In this document: one piece after another, positions 59,047-64,000 of the stretch
Layout: every line of letters begins with the position of its first letter
Position numbering within the stretch: position 1 is the first letter of the stretch
NCBI GenBank assembly: GCA_029547025.1
Contig: JAKPQA010000085.1
Span: 6,585 to 70,584 of the forward strand
DNA: 64,000 nt
DNA from: Armatimonadota bacterium
Lineage (GTDB): Bacteria > Armatimonadota > Zipacnadia > UBA1398 > JAKPQA01
Direction: 5' to 3'
Position numbers and translations under genes: made by a program
Notes under the pieces: model-generated
Database searches by the model: none
Told to the model about the DNA's origin: nothing
The model's input: only the letters and a program-made list of their open reading frames with translations

Positions 59047-59718
59047 ATGGTGAAGGTCCTCGGGATCCTGGGATCACCGCACGCGCAGGGCAACACCGTA
59101 CTGCTGCTCGACGCCGTGCTCGAGGGCGCCGCTGCAGAGGGCGCAGAGACGGAGAAGGTCGAGCTGGCGAAGCTCGATCTCAGGTTCTGCATCGGGTGCG
59201 GCCGGTGCTACGCCGCCGGCAGCTGCATCCACGACGACGGCGTGGCTGCCGTGCAGAGGCGGATGGTCGATGCCGATGGTGTGGTGCTGGCCAGCCCCAA
59301 CTACATGCACTCGGTGACCGCGCAGATGAAGGCCTTCATGGACCGCTGCAGTCTCCACGTGCACTGTTTCTTGCTGACCGGGAAGTACGGCGCCGGCGTG
59401 GCCACGGCGGGTGGCGGGGGCGAAGAGCGCGTCGCGGGTTTTGAGAACGAGTTCCTGCGGCTCTGCGGCGCTCAGACCGTGGGCATCGCCGCCGCACTGG
59501 CGGCCGGACCGGCGGCGCTGCGAGACCAGGAGGCCGCGCTCGCCGGGGGGCGGGACCTGGGCGCCGACTTGGTGGCCGCGATCCGCGAGCGCAGGCAGTA
59601 CCCCGATCAGGCGGAAGAGCACGCGGCCTTCGCGGGGCGGATGAAGCAGCTTGTTGCCCGCATGGCCGAACACGCTCCGTTCCAGTATGAGTACTGGGAG
59701 AAGATGGGGTGGCTGTAG
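59047..59718 (+). CDS. Iron-sulfur flavoprotein / NADPH-dependent FMN reductase (flavodoxin-like)
   Basis: KVLGILGSP..GNT, compact CIGCGRC-X5-C motif, ADGVVLASPNY, MKAFMDR. GGAGG RBS. Confidence 0.9.
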   Translation: MVKVLGILGSPHAQGNTVLLLDAVLEGAAAEGAETEKVELAKLDLRFCIGCGRCYAAGSCIHDDGVAAVQRRMVDADGVVLASPNYMHSVTAQMKAFMDRCSLHVHCFLLTGKYGAGVATAGGGGEERVAGFENEFLRLCGAQTVGIAAALAAGPAALRDQEAALAGGRDLGADLVAAIRERRQYPDQAEEHAAFAGRMKQLVARMAEHAPFQYEYWEKMGWL

Positions 59719-59746
59719 GCGGTTCGGGCCCAAGGGGTGGCTTGCC

Positions 59747-61144
59747 GTGCCGAAACCGAGGATTGCCATCGCCGGCATCGGGCACGAGAGCAACACGTAC
59801 TCGACACGCATGACGGGGCGAGCGGATTTCCGCATCCTGCGCGGGCCGGAGATTGGGGACGACGCGTCACTGCCTGCGGCCGCGGAGGTGGACTGGGCGC
59901 CAGCCCTGGTGGCCTACGCGGCACCGAACGGGATCGTCGCGCGCGATGCCTACGAGGCGCTCAAGGCCGAGCTCCTCGAGCGACTCAGCGCCGCCACGCC
60001 CCTCGATGGCGTCCTGCTGCGCCTGCACGGGGCCATGGAGGTTGAGGGGATCGGTGACGGCGAGACGGACCTCTTGATGGGCGTTCGCGACGCGGTTGGG
60101 CCGGACGCGCTCGTGTCCGGGCGGCTTGACCTGCATGCGAACCTGTCGCCCCTCGCCGCCGCGACCGCCGACGTGCTGACCGCGCACCGCACCGCACCGC
60201 ATGTGGACGCGCGGGAGACGCTGGGCCGGGCGGCTCGCCACCTGATCCGAGCGCTGGCCGACCGGCTGCGCCCACGCAACTGCCTGGTGAAGCTGCCCCT
60301 GCGCCTTCCGGGCGAGTTCGCGGTGACGGATCACGAGCCGGCCCGGTCGCTCTACGCCCGGTTGGTGGAGCTGGAGTGCCACCCGGGCATCCTCGATGCG
60401 TCCCTGGCCATCGGGTGCGCCTGGACCGATTCCGCGCATGCGGGTGTCGGCACGTGGTTGGTGGCGGAGTCGGAACCTCACCAGGCCCGCGCGCTGGCAC
60501 TGGCGCAGGAGTTCGCCGAGACCATCTGGCGCCGGCGCGGGGAGTTCGGGCCCGACGTGCCCACGGGCGAGCTGCCCGTCGTGCTCGAGCGCGCGCTGGC
60601 CAGCGCTCAGCGCCCCGTGGTCATCGCTGACTCCGGCGACAACCCCGGCGCCGGCGGGGCGGGGGACACGACGGTCGTGCTCGAGGCGCTGCTAGCGGCG
60701 GGCGTCACCGGGGCACTGGTGGCAGGCATCGCGGATGCAGAGGCCGTCGGGGCCTGCTGCCGAGCCGGCGAAGGCGAGTCCGCCACACTGGCACTGGGCG
60801 GGAAGCTGGACCGGACCAGCGGCCGGCCACTCGAACTGCGCGTCGAGGTTGAGCGCGTGGTCCCTGGGGTTCTGGCCGTGGTCCGCGCCGAGGGTGTACG
60901 CCTCATCATCACGTCATCGAGGAGCCAGCTCTCGGAGGAGAGCCACTACCTGGAGGCCGGCCTGGATCCCTCGGCCTACCGGATAGTCGTGGTCAAGTGC
61001 GGGTACATGTCCAGCTACCTGAAAGGCATCGCGGGTGAGCGGCTAATGGCGCTAACGCCGGGCTTCACCACACTCCGCCCGGCGTGTGTCGTCGATCGGG
61101 CAACCGGATGGGCCACGCCGGCCCCGGGGGGGTGGGGCGGGTAG
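59747..61144 (+). CDS. M81 family metallopeptidase (MlrC-like)
   Basis: IAGIGHESNTYS, LHGAM, DGETD, LDLHAN, RTAPHVD, ADSGDNPGAGG, VVVKCGY. Confidence 0.9.
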   Translation: MPKPRIAIAGIGHESNTYSTRMTGRADFRILRGPEIGDDASLPAAAEVDWAPALVAYAAPNGIVARDAYEALKAELLERLSAATPLDGVLLRLHGAMEVEGIGDGETDLLMGVRDAVGPDALVSGRLDLHANLSPLAAATADVLTAHRTAPHVDARETLGRAARHLIRALADRLRPRNCLVKLPLRLPGEFAVTDHEPARSLYARLVELECHPGILDASLAIGCAWTDSAHAGVGTWLVAESEPHQARALALAQEFAETIWRRRGEFGPDVPTGELPVVLERALASAQRPVVIADSGDNPGAGGAGDTTVVLEALLAAGVTGALVAGIADAEAVGACCRAGEGESATLALGGKLDRTSGRPLELRVEVERVVPGVLAVVRAEGVRLIITSSRSQLSEESHYLEAGLDPSAYRIVVVKCGYMSSYLKGIAGERLMALTPGFTTLRPACVVDRATGWATPAPGGWGG

Positions 61145-61288
61145 ACGAGGCGATGCCGAGAACGCCTCGCGAGAGCCGTGGGGACTCCCGCTCGCGCCGC
61201 CCTTGGTCGCGCCGCGCGAACGCGACGGCTCAGGAACGACGGCCTTGGGGGCCTGAGATGTGGGCGCGGGGCCTGCCTCGCCCTGGCT

Positions 61289-62311
61289 TCACCCGACCGG
61301 AAACCACCTGCGTACCTGCCGCCAGAGTCCGGCGCCCTGGCCGCGCCGGATCTGGTCGAACAGTACTGCGGCGAGGAGGATGAGGCCGCGAGCGACATAC
61401 TGGTAGAAGGTCTCCACATTCCGGAGATTCATGGCGTTCTGGACCGCCCCCATGACCAAGACGCCGATGATCACCCCATGAATGGTCCCCACGCCGCCCG
61501 AGAGCGAGACCCCTCCGAGAACACATGCCGAGATGACGTCGAGCGACAAGCCCACCGAGCAGTTGGGCTGACCACTCGTCATGCGCGCCGCCAGCACCAC
61601 GCCAGCGAGGCCGGCCATAAGCCCTTGCATGGTGAAGATCAGGATCTTGAGGCGGTCCACTGGGATACCCGCCAACCGGGCTGCTTCGGCGTTGCCGCCA
61701 ATGGCGAGGGTGTTCGGACCAAGAGTCGTCCGGACCAGCAGGATCCCAAAGAACAGGAAACACAGCAGGGTGATGAACACGGGGTTTGGGATGGGGCCGA
61801 TGGTGCCGGTGCCGAGCGGGAAGAACCGGTCGTTGTAAATCGCTACTGCCTCGCCCTTGGAGATGATAAACCCGAGTCCACGAACGATCTGCATCGTCGC
61901 CAGCGTGGCAATCAGGGCGTTGATGCGCAGCTTCGCGATGAGGACGCCGTTCACGAGACCGACGATGCCGCCCGCCAGGACGCCTCCCGCGATGCCCATG
62001 GGAACACTGTCGGTGGCGTTGATCAACACGGCGGCCAGCACGCCCGAGGCCGCCACGACCGACTCGATGGAGAGATCGAAATCGCCCGAGGCCAAGCAGA
62101 AGAGCATGGTGCAGGCCACCATGCCGACCGTGGAGACCGAGAGAGCCAGGGCTTCCATGTTCCGCACGGTGAAGAACGCGGGGACCCAGAGCTTCAGCCC
62201 CACGAGCAGTGCCAGGATGACGACCAGCAGGGCAGCGTTTTGCCAAAGCAGGCCGAGCACCCGCGTGCCGAGTGGCGCGGGCAACGTCGACGGTGCGGTA
62301 GAGCGGTCCAT
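61289..62311 (-). CDS. araH: L-arabinose-type ABC transporter permease (AraH-like)
   Basis: GMVACTMLFCLASGDFDLS, INALIATLATMQIVRGL, AIGGNAEAARLAG, RMTSGQP, VISACVLGGVSL; closely resembles AraH. Confidence 0.88.
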   Translation of the reverse strand: MDRSTAPSTLPAPLGTRVLGLLWQNAALLVVILALLVGLKLWVPAFFTVRNMEALALSVSTVGMVACTMLFCLASGDFDLSIESVVAASGVLAAVLINATDSVPMGIAGGVLAGGIVGLVNGVLIAKLRINALIATLATMQIVRGLGFIISKGEAVAIYNDRFFPLGTGTIGPIPNPVFITLLCFLFFGILLVRTTLGPNTLAIGGNAEAARLAGIPVDRLKILIFTMQGLMAGLAGVVLAARMTSGQPNCSVGLSLDVISACVLGGVSLSGGVGTIHGVIIGVLVMGAVQNAMNLRNVETFYQYVARGLILLAAVLFDQIRRGQGAGLWRQVRRWFPVG

Positions 62312-62326
62312 AGTCACTCCCCGAGC

Positions 62327-63844
62327 CTATCGTGTGCCCGACGGCGTCGCCTCAATGTCAGGCAGCGCGAGGCGAAGGACAGTCTGTTCGTCGGCGGCGG
62401 AGCGAGGCAGTTGCGCCACGATCCGGCCGCCGCGCATGACGAGGACTCGGTCCGAGATCCCGAGCACCTCGGACAGATCACTCGATGCAACCAAGACGGC
62501 CAGGCCCTGCGCGGCCAGCCGTGCTATGGTGGCGTACATCTCGCTCTTGGCGCCCACGTCGATGCCGCGCGTCGGCTCGTCGAGCAGGAGCACGCGCACC
62601 GGGCACGAGAGTGAGCGCGCCAGCAGCAGCTTCTGCTGGTTCCCACCCGAGAGCGTGGATGCGAACTGCCGTAGTGACGCAGCGCGAACATCGAGCAATC
62701 TCGCGTGTCGCTCAGCGTTCTCCCATTCCTTCCGCGGCCGGAGAAACCCGAGCCGCGCGAGGGAATGACGAGCGGTCAGATTGATGTTGTCGGCCACCGA
62801 CCGCTCGGGCACGATGCCTTCCTTCTTCCGGTCCTCAGGGCAGAACGCCAGGCCGGCGCGGACCGCGGCCCCGGGGCTGTTGGCGCGCACCTCCTGCCCA
62901 TCGATCGCCACCGTGCCGCCCTGACGAGTCACGGCGCCAAAGAGACACTTGAGCAGCTCGGTGCGGCCGGCGCCGACCAGTCCGAACAGGCCCACGACCT
63001 CGCCTCGCGCCACCGTCAGATCAAGCGGCGCGGGGATCCCGGGGCCCACGAGACCACGGACCACCAGACGGGCGTCGCCCGTCTGGCGCGGAGAGTAATG
63101 GTACACATCCCGGATGTCGCGCCCCACCATCCGACTCACGAGCACATCGGTGGACAAGCCCTGCAGGGAATCGAAACTGCCGACAACACGACCGTCGCGG
63201 AACACGGTAGCCGAGTCGCAGACCTGGAAGATCTCCTGCAGGCGATGGGAGACGTAGATCACCACACGACCGTCGCGTCGCAGGGAGGCGATCACTTCGA
63301 AGAGCCTCTCGACCTCGCGGTCCGAGAGGCTGCTCGTCGGCTCGTCGAATGCCATGATCTTGGCATCGCGGGCCAGCGCCTTGGCAATCTCGACGACCTG
63401 CCGTTGAGCCACGGGCAGTCGGCCCACTCGAACGTTCGGGTCGATGTCCTCTCCGAGCCGGGCCAAGTGCTCGGAGGCCGCGCGCCGGGCGGCGCCCCTG
63501 TCGAGCCACCCAGCTGTGGCGGGCATGTGCCCAAGATAGATGTTCTCAGCCACCGACAGATCGGGCACGAGCTGCAGTTCCTGGTGGATAACCGCCACAC
63601 CCGCACGGAATGCGTCGGCCGTGGACCGGAACGACTGGAGCCGCCCGCCGAACCGAAGCGCGCCGGCATCGGGGGCGTGGACGCCTCCCAGGATCTTCAG
63701 GAGGGTCGACTTCCCCGCCCCGTTCTCACCGATGAGCGCATGCACCGACCCCTCGGCGACACTCAGCGACACGGAATCGAGCGCCTGGACACCCGGGAAC
63801 GCTTTGCTGACCGCGTCGAACTCAAGGTAAGGCCTGGAGCCCAA
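62327..63844 (-). CDS. araG: L-arabinose-type ABC transporter ATP-binding protein (AraG-like, two ABC domains)
   Basis: PYLEF, KAFPGVQAL, GENGAGKST, AFDEPTSSL, CPEDRKKEG, LSGGNQQK, DEPTRGIDVGAK. Confidence 0.9.
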   Translation of the reverse strand: MGSRPYLEFDAVSKAFPGVQALDSVSLSVAEGSVHALIGENGAGKSTLLKILGGVHAPDAGALRFGGRLQSFRSTADAFRAGVAVIHQELQLVPDLSVAENIYLGHMPATAGWLDRGAARRAASEHLARLGEDIDPNVRVGRLPVAQRQVVEIAKALARDAKIMAFDEPTSSLSDREVERLFEVIASLRRDGRVVIYVSHRLQEIFQVCDSATVFRDGRVVGSFDSLQGLSTDVLVSRMVGRDIRDVYHYSPRQTGDARLVVRGLVGPGIPAPLDLTVARGEVVGLFGLVGAGRTELLKCLFGAVTRQGGTVAIDGQEVRANSPGAAVRAGLAFCPEDRKKEGIVPERSVADNINLTARHSLARLGFLRPRKEWENAERHARLLDVRAASLRQFASTLSGGNQQKLLLARSLSCPVRVLLLDEPTRGIDVGAKSEMYATIARLAAQGLAVLVASSDLSEVLGISDRVLVMRGGRIVAQLPRSAADEQTVLRLALPDIEATPSGTR

Positions 63845-63884
63845 CTGGGCACATCCATCCCTTCGCCACGGGCCGCGGGGCGCT

Positions 63885-64000
63885 TCAGTCGAGTAGGCCC
63901 TGCTCGGTCATCACCTTGCGGCACGTGTCCCGGGTCACTACCGTGGCTTCAGTGAGAGTCATCTTGGGGGGCTCCTTGCCCTCGGTGATCCACTTGAACA
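63885..64000 (-). CDS. araF: C-terminal fragment of an arabinose-type ABC substrate-binding protein (AraF-like), 5' part outside the window
   Basis: Reverse strand reads FKWITEGKEPPKMTLTEATVVTRDTCRKVMTEQGLLD*, which resembles the AraF C-terminus. It lies directly upstream of the araG-like gene. Confidence 0.75.
   Translation of the reverse strand, partial: FKWITEGKEPPKMTLTEATVVTRDTCRKVMTEQGLLD

Overview
High-GC (roughly 70%) bacterial chromosomal window of about 45 genes. No rRNA, tRNA, CRISPR array or transposase is visible. It is dominated by carbohydrate-active enzymes, many with signal peptides: GH38, GH42-like, GH116, GH5-like, GH36-like, GH32, GH33/BNR, DUF2961, DUF6259-like, a beta-helix protein and a deacetylase-like protein. 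Sugar oxidoreductases and ABC transporters are also present (an oligopeptide-type ATPase at the left edge, an araFGH-like system at the right edge). The gene content suggests a polysaccharide-degrading anaerobe or facultative anaerobe, perhaps Armatimonadota-like; that taxonomy is inference only. The most notable items are: (1) a trimeric, probably electron-bifurcating [FeFe]-hydrogenase operon (hydA-hydC-hydB) interleaved with a Cache/HAMP histidine kinase, a stand-alone receiver and a REC-PAS histidine kinase, preceded by a near-perfect Rex/CRP-type palindrome, with an unusual Cys-rich L2 H-cluster motif in HydA; (2) a tandem triplet of gap-free alignable, membrane-anchored paralogues of unknown function with a possible class III (prepilin-like) KG|A motif; (3) a 52-bp structured intergenic element present twice; (4) a probable internally deleted glycoside hydrolase pseudogene. 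Family assignments come from recognising motifs by eye, not from database searches.
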